Notes under the pieces: model-generated
Seen by the model: only the letters and a program-made list of their open reading frames with translations
What the model was told of the DNA's origin: nothing
The model's database searches: none
Position numbers and translations under genes: made by a program
In this document: positions 46,482 through 56,791 of the stretch, piece by piece
Position numbering within the stretch: position 1 is the stretch's first letter
Layout of the letters: every line of letters begins with the position of its first letter
Origin: Blastocladiella emersonii ATCC 22665
Lineage: Eukaryota > Fungi > Blastocladiomycota
DNA: 64,000 bases
NCBI GenBank assembly: GCA_025594325.1
Contig: JANHCV010000005.1
Span: 1,922,001 to 1,986,000, forward strand
Reading direction: 5' to 3'

Positions 46482-48149
46482 TCACGCATCATAGTCGCGC
46501 GCCTCGAACCGGTCCAGCGAGTACTCGGTCGCCGTGACGCGGTTCCCGCCAAAGAAGCGGCCGTGCATGACGCCCTGGCACGCCTCGCGCTCGGCCACGC
46601 TCGCAAACTTGACGAACACGCGCACGCCCGTCTCGTTGGGCAGCGCCGTGTTGACGTGCACGACCAGCAGCTGCACCGCCCCGTGCCGCGCGCACTCCTC
46701 CTCGACGTCCACCTTGAGGTCCTCGTCCACCTCGTGCGGCTGCACCATGTTGCACAGCAGCAGCACGGGCGACGGCGCCTCGGCCTCGAACTTGGGCAGC
46801 GCCGGGCGCGGGCCCGGGTACAGCGGCGGCGGGACCACGCGCGGCCGCGGGAACCGCGACAGGCCCTGCATGCCCTCGGGGAACGGGCCGCCGACCAGCG
46901 TCGGGGTCACGAGCAGCCGCTCGCCGCCAATCTCGACCTGGTCGAGGGTCTGCACCGCGCGGTTGGCCGCGAGGGCCGTCTCGTACTCGACATAGCCGTA
47001 CGACTTGTGGCGGAACGTGGTCGTGTCGGGCTGTTTGGGGTATGGGGTGAGCGGGGATGAACTCGGGTGGTCAGTGTCAGTCCAAGCGGGATCGCGGGAA
47101 TCGCAGAGCACACGTACGCAGAGCGAGAACTGGGTAATGGTCCCGAACGGGGCAAACAGCTCGCGCATCTCGTCCTCGGCCAGCAGGTCGTGCACGTTGG
47201 CAAAGTAGACGCGGGTCGGGAACCGCGGCGGAAAGTGGCGCCAAATGTCGTCCGTGTACGCGTTGGTGTACTTGACCTTGATGTTGCGGCCGTCGAGCTC
47301 GGCGCCGTCGAGCAGGCGCACCGCGGCGGCGGCGGCCTCGGGCGCGTCGTACTCGAGAAAGCACCAGCCCTTGTGCGTGTTGAGGTCCGGGTCGCGCGTC
47401 ATGGACAGCTCCTTGATGAAGCCGACCTTGGAGAAGAGGCCGCGGATGGTCGCCTCGGTGGCGGCGGTCGAGATGTTGCCCGTGTAGATACGGTTGATGG
47501 TGCGGTTGATGACGGGCGTCACCAGGGCGGCGGGCTTGCGCTCGATGCGGATTGGCGCGGTGGTGGCGGCGGAGGAGCGGTACCGAGACCGAGTGCGGCT
47601 GCGGCTGCGGCTCCGACTCTGGCTGGGACTGCGACTGGGGCTCCGGCGGCGGCTGCGGCCCGCGGGACTGCGCGAGCGCCGGTACGCGCTGCTGCGGGAC
47701 CGGCCGCCGCGGGAGCGGGAGCGGGAGCGGGACCGCGATCGAGAGTGCGACCGACGGCGCGCGTTCCGCGACCGGGACCGCGACCGCGAGGGGGACCGGG
47801 ACGGGGAGCGCGGCGATCGCGACCGCGCGCGCCGGCTGCGGCGGGACCGGCTCGGCGAGCGGCTGCCTGCGCTCGGGCTGCGGGCCCGGCTGCCGCCGTC
47901 TCGCCGCCGCGACTTCTCGCGCCCGCGGCTGGGTTCCCGCCGGTCGCGCGAGTCGGCGCGGCGGTCGGACGGCTCGCCGTTGGCGCCACCCTGCGAGTCG
48001 TCCGGCGGGTGGTGGTCGTCGGGCCGCGCCGCGCCCTGCGCCTCGAAGAGCGTGGTGACGAGGGCGGCGTAGTCGCGGGCGGCCTTGAGGCGGTTGGCCT
48101 GGTCGTCGGTGAGGAAGGGGGCCGCAGCAGCCGTTGCAGCGAGTTCCAT
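46482..48149 (-). CDS. PUF60: PUF60/Half-pint-like splicing factor (RS region, 2 RRM, C-terminal UHM)
   Basis: RIYTGNI...HKGWCFLEY, RVYFANVH...HKSYGYVEY, UHM VLLLCNMV...VEEEC...RVFVKF...GRFFGG; in-frame intron 47031-47117. Confidence 0.78.
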   Translation of the reverse strand: MELAATAAAAPFLTDDQANRLKAARDYAALVTTLFEAQGAARPDDHHPPDDSQGGANGEPSDRRADSRDRREPSRGREKSRRRDGGSRARSPSAGSRSPSRSRRSRRARSRSPRSPSRSPSRSRSRSRNARRRSHSRSRSRSRSRSRGGRSRSSAYRRSRSPAGRSRRRSPSRSPSQSRSRSRSRTRSRYRSSAATTAPIRIERKPAALVTPVINRTINRIYTGNISTAATEATIRGLFSKVGFIKELSMTRDPDLNTHKGWCFLEYDAPEAAAAAVRLLDGAELDGRNIKVKYTNAYTDDIWRHFPPRFPTRVYFANVHDLLAEDEMRELFAPFGTITQFSLCVRVLCDSRDPAWTDTDHPSSSPLTPYPKQPDTTTFRHKSYGYVEYETALAANRAVQTLDQVEIGGERLLVTPTLVGGPFPEGMQGLSRFPRPRVVPPPLYPGPRPALPKFEAEAPSPVLLLCNMVQPHEVDEDLKVDVEEECARHGAVQLLVVHVNTALPNETGVRVFVKFASVAEREACQGVMHGRFFGGNRVTATEYSLDRFEARDYDA

Positions 48150-48520
48150 GGGGTTATTGAGTGTTCAAGAATGATGAGGGAAAGATCAAACGAAGCGAGC
48201 AAAGACGACATCGAAATCGAATCGCAACGGACTCGACAGCTTCGTCACGCGACCACGCGGAAGGTGAAACGAGACGCGTCGGCGGTCGCGCTTTTGTTTT
48301 CGCGCGATCGCGTCGCGGCGGGAGATGTCCGGTCGTGATACGCCGGAATATCACCAGTGTCCCCCGCCCGCCCTGTCCCAAAATGACATGATGAAACAGC
48401 CCGATGGGGGGCAATGCTGCCTTGCCCGCCTGCCCCCGCTGGCTCTTGATGAAGCAAGCGACCCCTCTCCCTCACCTCACCTTACCTCACCCTTGACCCG
48501 GTCAAGTACCAGCCACCGAA

Positions 48521-50995
48521 ATGCCTCGAATGAATGAACGACCCACCTCGGCGATACCGCCGGTGCCCGCTGCCTCGGGTAGCCCGGCCACCGCAGCGGC
48601 TGCCGGCCACTACTCGGAGGTCCCCGCTGGAGCGCACCCGCTCGCGGCCGCGGCGAGCCCCACGCCGTCACACTCACGCAGCAGCAGCACCGCCGCCTCG
48701 CCGCCACTTCCACCGAGCAAGCCGGCGCTCCTCGCCAGCGAGGACAAGTGGATCGACTGCTTCATCCGGTCCGAGACGTCGCTCGACGAGTACACGTTCG
48801 TCAAGACGCTCGGCCAGGGCACCTTCGGCAAGGTCAAGCTCGCCAAGCACGTGCCCTCGGTGCAGCACGTCGCTATCAAGATCATCGACAAGGCCACCAT
48901 CAAGACCGACAAGCAGAAGCTGAGCGTGCGCCGCGAGGTGCGCCTGCTGTTCCTGCTGCGCCACCCGCACGTCGTGCGCGTGCTCGACGTGATTGAGACC
49001 GCCGACCAGATCTACATTGTCATGGAGAACCTGCCGCGCGGCGAGCTGTTCGACCACATTGTCAAGAACCACCACCTGAGCGAGCCCGAGGCCCGCCACT
49101 TTATGCGCCAGATCGTGTCCGCGCTCGAGTACTGCCACTCGGTACGGCCGTTCTCCTGTCGCTGGGTCGTGCTGGCTGCCCACCGTGCGCTGACCCACGA
49201 AACCCGATGCGGGATGTGTAGCACTCGGTCATCCACCGCGACCTCAAGCCCGAGAACCTGCTGCTCGACTCGGACAACAACGTCAAGCTCATCGACTTTG
49301 GCTTTGTCAACACGTTTGACGGCGCGTCCCTGCTCGACACGTTCTGCGGCTCGGTGCGTTTCCACTTTAGCCAAGGTCGAGATGTATTGATTGACACTGA
49401 CGACCGGTCCCCGCTCAATCGTAGCCGTTTTATGCCAGCCCGCAGATGATCCGCGGCATCAAGTACTCGGACCCGTCGTCCGACATTTGGAGCCTGGGCG
49501 TCATCCTGTTCGCCATGCTCAGCGGCAGACTGCCGTTCGACGCCGAGGACATGCGCAAGCTGTACGACCGCATCGCCTCGGGCGTGTTCCGCTGCCCGTC
49601 GCACTTTTCGATTGGTACGCTTGCTTGCTTGGCTCTCGGTGCTCGATCCCCACCGACCCGGCTGACTGACTGATCACCCACGTCCATTCTTGATCTGTAG
49701 ACGCGGTCGACCTCATCCGCAAGATGCTCGTCGTCGACCCCAAGAAGCGGTACACGATCGACCAGGTCAAGGCGCACCCGTGGCTCGACTGGGACTCGGC
49801 CAGCCCGTCGCTCACGCGCGGCGAACACTACGACTCGCTCCGCCAGCCTCTCGTGCCGGTGCGGCCCGAGCTCGTCGAGGTCATTCAGTCGTTTGGCTTT
49901 GACGCGGACGTGATCCACGACGCGCTCCTCGACGCCAGCGGCGACGATGGTGACCGCGCGACGGAGCCCAAGGACCAGCAGCAGCAGCAGTCCCACCCGG
50001 TCGTCGGCTACTACCGGCTGCTGTCGATGCGGTCGCACCCGCCCCTGTCCGCGTCGTCCTCGAAGCGGTCCGACTCGCAGTACGCGAGCAGCGGCACCCT
50101 CCTCATGGACCCATCGCCGCCGTCGCCGTCAGCAGCAGCTGCGCCCGCCGGATCCAGCTCGGCTGTAGTCGCTCCCGCCTCGAGCAGTACATCCTCGGTG
50201 GGCTCGGCGTGGGCCAGTCCCTCGCACGCTCACGGGCACGCGTCCGCCAGCGGGTGTTCCGTGCCGGTCGCGGTCCAGCACCACCGCGTCCGGAGCAGCG
50301 ACGACGCCTACTTTATCGCCGCGTACCAGCAGCAGCAGGAGGACTGCCACGGGCAGCAGCAGCCCCACCACTACTACAACAACAGCAGCAGCGGGGGTGG
50401 CGTGTCGTTCCCGGCGTCGGGCTCCGGTCCCAGCTACGGCGGCGGGCAGCAGTACCACCAGCGCGGCCACAGCGTCGATCCGGGCCACCTGCAGCTCGAC
50501 AGCCGCCCGCGCCCGAGCTCGCCCAGTTCCGCCCTGGCCGCCGCGCAGCTCCCGCTTGCCTCGTCCTCGTCGCCGGCGTCGCCCTACCACCAGCACCAGC
50601 ACCACCAGCACCAGCACGCGCCATCATCCTCCCCGTGTTCGACGCGGCCGTCGCGCGCGTCGCTCGTGTCGCTCAAGACGTGGTCGGTCGCGACGCAGCA
50701 CCACCTGGTCGACCTGATGCAGGCCGTGGAGCGCACGCTGGCGGCGCACGGGGTCCAGCGGGTGAAACGGAGCGAGTACGTGTACGCGTGCGTGCGCAAC
50801 CCGGACATGGCGTGGGAGGTGCACCTGCACGTTATTGCCGCCGACGGGTCGCTGTGCGCGCAGTTCAAGAAGATGCGCGGGTCCGGGTGCCAGACCGTCG
50901 TCAGCTTCCTGCTCGCCGAGATGAAGGCGTGCCTCGACAGCCTCGACCGCCCGCTCGGCGGTTACGGCGAGGGTCACGGCCACCGGTACAACTGA
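48521..50995 (+). CDS. AMPK-related (MARK/Kin1/SNF1-like) Ser/Thr kinase with probable C-terminal KA1 domain
   Basis: [37 protein letters not shown]; introns 49142-49221, 49354-49424, 49615-49700. Confidence 0.9.
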
Positions 50996-51199
50996 GCGGG
51001 CGCGGGTCGGTTGGTACCTCGGCGCCGCGCCGTGCCGTGGGACTTGCTTTTCTGGGAGTGAGTTTCTATGTATGTGCTGATGGAGATGTAGATTAGAATA
51101 GAACTCGGTGAACACGGTCAGCGAGTCTCTCAATCGACGTGACAAGGAACCGAGGAAGGCACGCGGGCAGTAGGAATCAAAAATGCATCTATGAGAGTG

Positions 51200-52162
51200 C
51201 TACACGAGAACCACCAAGTTCCGCGTCTCGGTGCCCGGAACCGTGCCGGTGATCGGGAACGAGGACGTCGAGTCGTCGTCGGCCAGGACGGCGGGCGCGG
51301 GTGCCATGATCTGCGACCGCTCGATCGGCGCCGAGACCGAGCGAGGAGACGCGGCTCCCGCCGCAGCCATGGGTGGAGGTGGTGACGCAACGTTGCGCAT
51401 GGCTTCCTCGCCGCCGGCTCGGAGCTGACGACCTCGATTCCGGCGGCGGCCGCCGATGAACATGGCGGCGACGACGGCCACCACGGCGAGACCGATGAGC
51501 AGACCGGCCCACCAAGGGAACCCACTCGAGGAATTGGACGACTGGTCGTCGATCCCGGAATCCGAGTTGGTCCCCGCCGAGGGTGCGAGTGCCGTGGCGG
51601 CAGCACCCGTTGGCGAGGCCGTTTTGGACGGATCTTGCCGTTCCGTCGCCCCCGGGGTCGCGCGGACAGCGGTCCCCGTGACCGAGGGCGGGCGCGTCGC
51701 TGATGGTGGCGCGCCGGACGCGGGCACCTGGGACGGCGTGATGGAGACGGTCGTCGGCGGGGTTCCGACCGGGTTACCAGCGGACCCGGACGCGACGCGG
51801 ACGGCAAACTGCGGGACGCCGAGCCGGCCAAAGTCGCTGCTCGCGGCGCCGTTCTCGGCGACGACAACGGACCAGCTGCCGCCGTCCTTGCCGACATTGG
51901 TGGGCACGGTCCAGGTCAGCGACCCCTGCTGGTTCGGGACGGCGGTCTTGATGGGGGTGCACGATGCGGGGAAGTCGGCGGCGCCGCACAGCCACAGGTC
52001 GACGAACTGGACCACGTTGAAGGAGGGCCACAGCTGGTTCCACGACAGCGTCACGGGCTGGCCGACGGTCAGGACGGGCGGGTCGGCCTGGCCGAGCGGG
52101 TTGTTGACGAAGGTCGGGGCGCCGACGGCCGAGGGCGGCGACGGGGCAGCGGGCGAGGCCAT
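51200..52162 (-). CDS. Single-pass membrane protein with Kre9/Knh1-like Ser/Thr-rich GPI-anchored-type N-terminal domain
   Basis: VGQPVTLSW...VDLWLC...NQQGSLTWTVP, Ser/Thr/Pro stalk, TM WWAGLLIGLAVVAVVAAMFI followed by RRRNR. Confidence 0.6.
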   Translation of the reverse strand: MASPAAPSPPSAVGAPTFVNNPLGQADPPVLTVGQPVTLSWNQLWPSFNVVQFVDLWLCGAADFPASCTPIKTAVPNQQGSLTWTVPTNVGKDGGSWSVVVAENGAASSDFGRLGVPQFAVRVASGSAGNPVGTPPTTVSITPSQVPASGAPPSATRPPSVTGTAVRATPGATERQDPSKTASPTGAAATALAPSAGTNSDSGIDDQSSNSSSGFPWWAGLLIGLAVVAVVAAMFIGGRRRNRGRQLRAGGEEAMRNVASPPPPMAAAGAASPRSVSAPIERSQIMAPAPAVLADDDSTSSFPITGTVPGTETRNLVVLV

Positions 52163-52892
52163 TCGGGCGGGCGGGCGGGTGTCGAGCAAAGGCAGCAAGA
52201 AGCAGTCTACGGCAGGCAGTGATACATGGCACGTCGCGCTGGTTGATGTTGACGGAAGAGGAGGGGCCCTGAGTACGAGTCTGTGGTTCGGCGAGCGCCA
52301 CCGCTGCGGCGGATCGGATTACCCCGGCTGACCGCACGTGCGCCATCGCGTCCATCGAGCCCATCCGAAAGGGCCGTATTGCGGGCGCCGCCAAAGTACG
52401 CCACTGCGCCACATCGTTACAGTTAATCTATACGCGCGCCACACCAACAATCTGCTACATCCATCTCGACACGTGCCCGCGATCATGGGATGCTGGGGAG
52501 CTCATGAAACGCAGGCGCACGCCGCCACCAGCGCGCCGGCCAATCGGCGGCCGCGACGTACGCCGCGATCCTATCATCTCGGGTCATGGGGCCCTTGGGC
52601 TATGCCATCAGCAACGGTCCGCCGCCTCGGGAGCTATCGGGCGCGCGATCTCCCCGGGTTCCCGCGCGCTTGAGCGCCTGCTTGCGCGCTGGAAGGGGAA
52701 GTCGCCGTCCGCCGCCTCGCGCGCTTCCCACCCGGCCGCCCGGCCTCGGCCGTTGCGCGGGGGTATAAAGACCGGCTGCCCCCCGCTGCCTGAAGTCCCC
52801 TCGCTCTCCACGCTCCTCAATCGCTCGCATCACACGAGCATCACCGTGATCCTCGTCTCGAAGCCCCTCTCTCCCACTTCTACCCGATCATC

Positions 52893-54435
52893 ATGGGTGC
52901 TGCCGCCGACGCCAAGCCCGCGAGCATCGCACAGCCCGGCACGCTCGGCCGGAGCCTGGGTGTCGTCCAGGGCGCTGCCCTCATCACTGGGTACGCCTCG
53001 CTCGACCGCAACAGCCCTCACGCGGCCCGACTAACCTCGACGTCTCCGATCTAGTGCCATGATCGGCAGTGGTGTCTTCACCAACCCGGGCAAGGTCGTC
53101 GGGATCATGGGCGCCGTCGGGCCCTCGCTCATCCTGTGGGTCCTCGGCGCCGCCATCGCCTACTTTGCGTCCATGAACTACGCCGAGCTCGGCTCGCGCA
53201 TCACCGCCTCGGGCGGCGACGCCCCCTTCCTCGACTACGCCTTCCAGAGCCCGCGCCGCTTCTTCGCCAGCATGTACTCGTGGACGCGTATTTTCCTCAT
53301 CAACCCGGGCTACAACGCCAGTCTCGCCGTCATTGCCGGCTCCTACCTCACCTCGGCCTTCCCGCACGTCTTCCCCGAGGACCCCGAGGTCGCTGGCGGC
53401 GAGTACTACGCCAAGCGCATCGGCGCCGTGATCCTCGTCGTCCAGACCCTCGCGTGCGTGCCCTCCAACAAGGTCGCCGGCAAGTTCATCACCTTCGTCA
53501 CCTCGATCGCCGTCCTGTGCCTGCTCGCCTTCTCCGTGACCGGCCTCTTTGTCCTGTTCGGCGTCGCCCCTAACGTCCGCAACCTCGAGAACTTCTCTGC
53601 CGCCCACCTGTTCCAGGGCACCACCACCAACCCGGGCGACTGGGCCTCGGCCCTCTTCAAGGTCCTGTGGGCCTTTGACGGCTTCGCCAACCTGGCCTCC
53701 TCGCTCAGCGAGCTTAAGGACCCCGAGCGCAACATCCGCCGGTCCACCGTCATGGGTATCAGCACGGTCGGCCTTCTCTACATCCTCGCCAACATCTCGT
53801 ACCTCGTGGTCCTCAGCTACTCGGACATGTCGACGCTCGGGTCCGGTGTCGCGTCGCAGTGGGCCACCAACGTGTTCGGCCCTACCGGTCAGGTCATCGT
53901 GATGCTGCTCATCTTCCTGTGCGTGTGCTCGTGCTGCTTTGTCACGCTCTTCTCGGCCTCGCGTATCGCCCACGCCACGGGCGAGTCTGGTCTCATGTAC
54001 CCGCCGCGCTTCTTCTCAACGGTCAACGCGCGGTTCGGCACGCCCATCAACGCCCTGCTGTTCAACTTCGCCATCTCCATGGTGCTCCTCATGGTCCCGC
54101 AGGGCGACACGTTCTGGTTCATCATCGACCTTGTCTCGTACCCGCTCTGGGTCTTCTACGGCCTGACCGCCTTTGCGCTGCTCACCATCAAGCACCGCGC
54201 CGCCGGCAGCATCTTCGCCCACGACGACAACTTCTCTGGCGTCCAGGTCAACGCCATCGGGCCCGTCCTGATCGTGCTCGTGTCGCTGTTCCTCGTCATC
54301 TTCCCCTTCTTCCAGGAGTCGATGGTGCTGTCCTCGTCGCTCGCGTGGGCGTGCATCGCCGTCGGCGTCGTGCCCTACTTCCTGCTCTCGCGCGGGAGCA
54401 ACAAGGACAAGGCCGCTGGCGCTGGTGTCGTGTAA
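52893..54435 (+). CDS. APC superfamily L-type amino acid permease (LAT/Mup1-like)
   Basis: GAMIGSGVFTNPG, YAELGS...SGGD, WAFDGFANL..ELKDPERN, 12 TM; intron 52991-53054. Confidence 0.92.
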
Positions 54436-54936
54436 ACACGACTGGAGAGGATGGTGACGCGACGAGTATCGTCGTAGACGGAGTCCATGAAGACCAAGAG
54501 GAGGGCGAACCCACTATGTACATTTTATATCCTTCCCTCCTACACTACACTACATCTGATTTAGGATCAAACTTATCGCCTTTCACGCGAAGGAAGTGGG
54601 CCATCCTTGGCCACGTCACAGCTGGACAACCCGTGGTCAGACTTCAAAGGGGCCTTGACACTTGGTCGCTGCTGCGCGGACCAAACGCACACGAGTCACG
54701 ATCGGTTTTCATCTATGAAATCAACTCTGACTTCCTCCGGCTACTACCCAGGAAGCCTGAATCAGTCAAGCAAGGATGCTTCGGCACTGGCAGAAGCGAA
54801 TTGAGCCAAGCGAGCGATAGAACGACGGCTATTGGCGAGCTTTGTCATGAACTCATAAGAACGGCAGTTAAATGAGATGATCTCGCGAGTCAAACTTTGA
54901 AATGATCATGGAATCGCGAATCGGCGAGTCGCCATC

Positions 54937-54998
54937 TGTGGCGCGACGCGTCTCGCACACGGCGCGTGATCGGATCACGCGTTTTCGCGACGCGTCCC
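54937..54998 (-). promoter_or_regulatory. 62-bp conserved dyad element, copy 3 (inside the spacer, mirrors copy 2)
   Basis: Reverse complement is 61/62 identical to copy 1. Confidence 0.6.
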
Positions 54999-55423
54999 CA
55001 GCAACTGTCTCCCGCGGTGACCTGGCATTTTGCACGCGTGTGAAATGTAAAAGATATGACGAGATAAAAGAGCAACTGCACCCGAATAAGCACAACAAAA
55101 AGGTTGCAACCTGGTGAGGGAGGAGTGGGAAGCTGGCACGCTCGATGCGCGTCCAGGAAGCCCCTTGACGGAATTCAACTTCGAAACTTGATCAGGGCTT
55201 CGAAATGGGGTCGTCCTGCGCAAGGCCATCGACTCGGATGCCACACTTGCCACTTCGACTCCCACTCACCGATTGTGGTCGCGCAACCAGAGCAGAGTCA
55301 CTACCGCACTGTGAAAGCTGGCGAGCGAGTGGCCTTTGTCAGTGTTAGCGGCGCTCCCGAATGCTTGCGTGTATCCGGTTGCGGCAGACGATGCTGCTTT
55401 GTATGTCCCACTCGCATGTCAAT

Positions 55424-55930
55424 TCAACGAGATGCGAAACACGACACCAGTTCAGGCCATGCCAGCTCAGACCAACAGTTAGGCAGTGAGCTGTGGCTAA
55501 CGAGCTTGCCCGCGCAGTCCTCGTCCTGATACAGACGAAGGATAGCCTCGAGAACGCCATACGACACCCGCGACATCGGGTACGACTGGTCGAGCTTGCC
55601 GATCTCGCGCAACAGCTTCCGAGTGAATCTGCAGACCACGACCGCGCTTGCACCCGTCGTACACTGCATGATCTCGTTGTCAAAGTCGACCGGCGGATTC
55701 GAAGCGGCGAGCTGACACGGACATAGCTGTAAGTCCTCGAGGCGAAGGGCGGCGAAGACGCTGCGTCGCTTCGCACGACTCCAGGCTACGTTCTCGGGCT
55801 GGCGCACTACGAGCGTGATCGACGACTCAGTTCTTGAGCATGCCGACGTAGCCGCCTTAGAAAGCATGTGTAATTGCGCTCGCTGACCTCCCGTCTGGCT
55901 AACAACGCGAATGCACGGCCGTCGGCTCAT
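55424..55930 (-). pseudogene. Truncated/degenerate paralog of the helical domain; identical to the 38074 ORF for 119 codons, then a different but homologous tail
   Basis: ...LDQSYPM|SRVSYGVLEAILRLYQDEDC versus ...LDQSYPM|PQVACAGLDVVFRIHKDQDC. Confidence 0.6.
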
Positions 55931-56079
55931 TAATCCAGACCTTGCAGGCGGAAGGTCTCGAGTCAAGTATTTAAAAATTGTGTCGCGAGTCAATAAATAT
56001 CCTCTATGAATGCCCGACAAGTTTTTTACACCTTTTCAAACGTGAACAGCATCTGAAATTCAGGTGAGTTGATCAAAAG

Positions 56080-56141
56080 TGTGGCGCGACGCGTCTCGCA
56101 CACGGCGCGTGATCGGATCACGCGTTTTCGCGACGCGTCTC
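56080..56141 (-). promoter_or_regulatory. 62-bp conserved dyad element, copy 4 (in the right arm)
   Basis: Exact reverse complement of copy 1. Confidence 0.6.
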
Positions 56142-56791
56142 CACCGCCTGTCTCCCGAGGCACCGCACGCGCGCGCGTGAAAATAGCAACAATTCAAGAA
56201 GGAAAGACCAGAAATGCCATCGAGCAAAAGGTTTATGGTTAGTGGTTAGTAAGTGGGGGGAGGAGGGCATTTTTTTGTTGCACCAGTCTATGGACGTAGC
56301 CGGTCAGGTACCTCAATGATGGACTATCATTGCCGAACTTTTTTAGGGTTCGAAACGGTCCCCCGATATCCACGCCAACAGCCCCGATGCAACGTGTCCA
56401 CTCGACTCCCGCCCGCCGAGTACGAGAGCTTGACTTTGGCAAAGTGCCCCTCGCTCCGGATTTCAAGGCTTCGCCATGAGCTAAGGTCACCGAGAAATAC
56501 TGTCCATGCTTCACTCCCTTTTGTCCCTCGGTGAGAGCACGACGGCCGGATCTGGTCAATGTGTAGTACTTTGGCGAAGATTCGCCGTCACTTGATCCAG
56601 CGGCCCACGCGACGCGCGCTCCACAACCCAGGGAGGCCAAGCGAACAATGCGAAAGAACCAATTATATGCAAGCGAGGTTCTTGGGAAGAGGGAGTGAGT
56701 GGTGATTAATGTGCTAATGGTATTAGGAAGAGTCAACGATGTCGCCGATGCGGCATCCCAGTCGGCCGCCGGCCCACGCGCTTCGGCGCAC

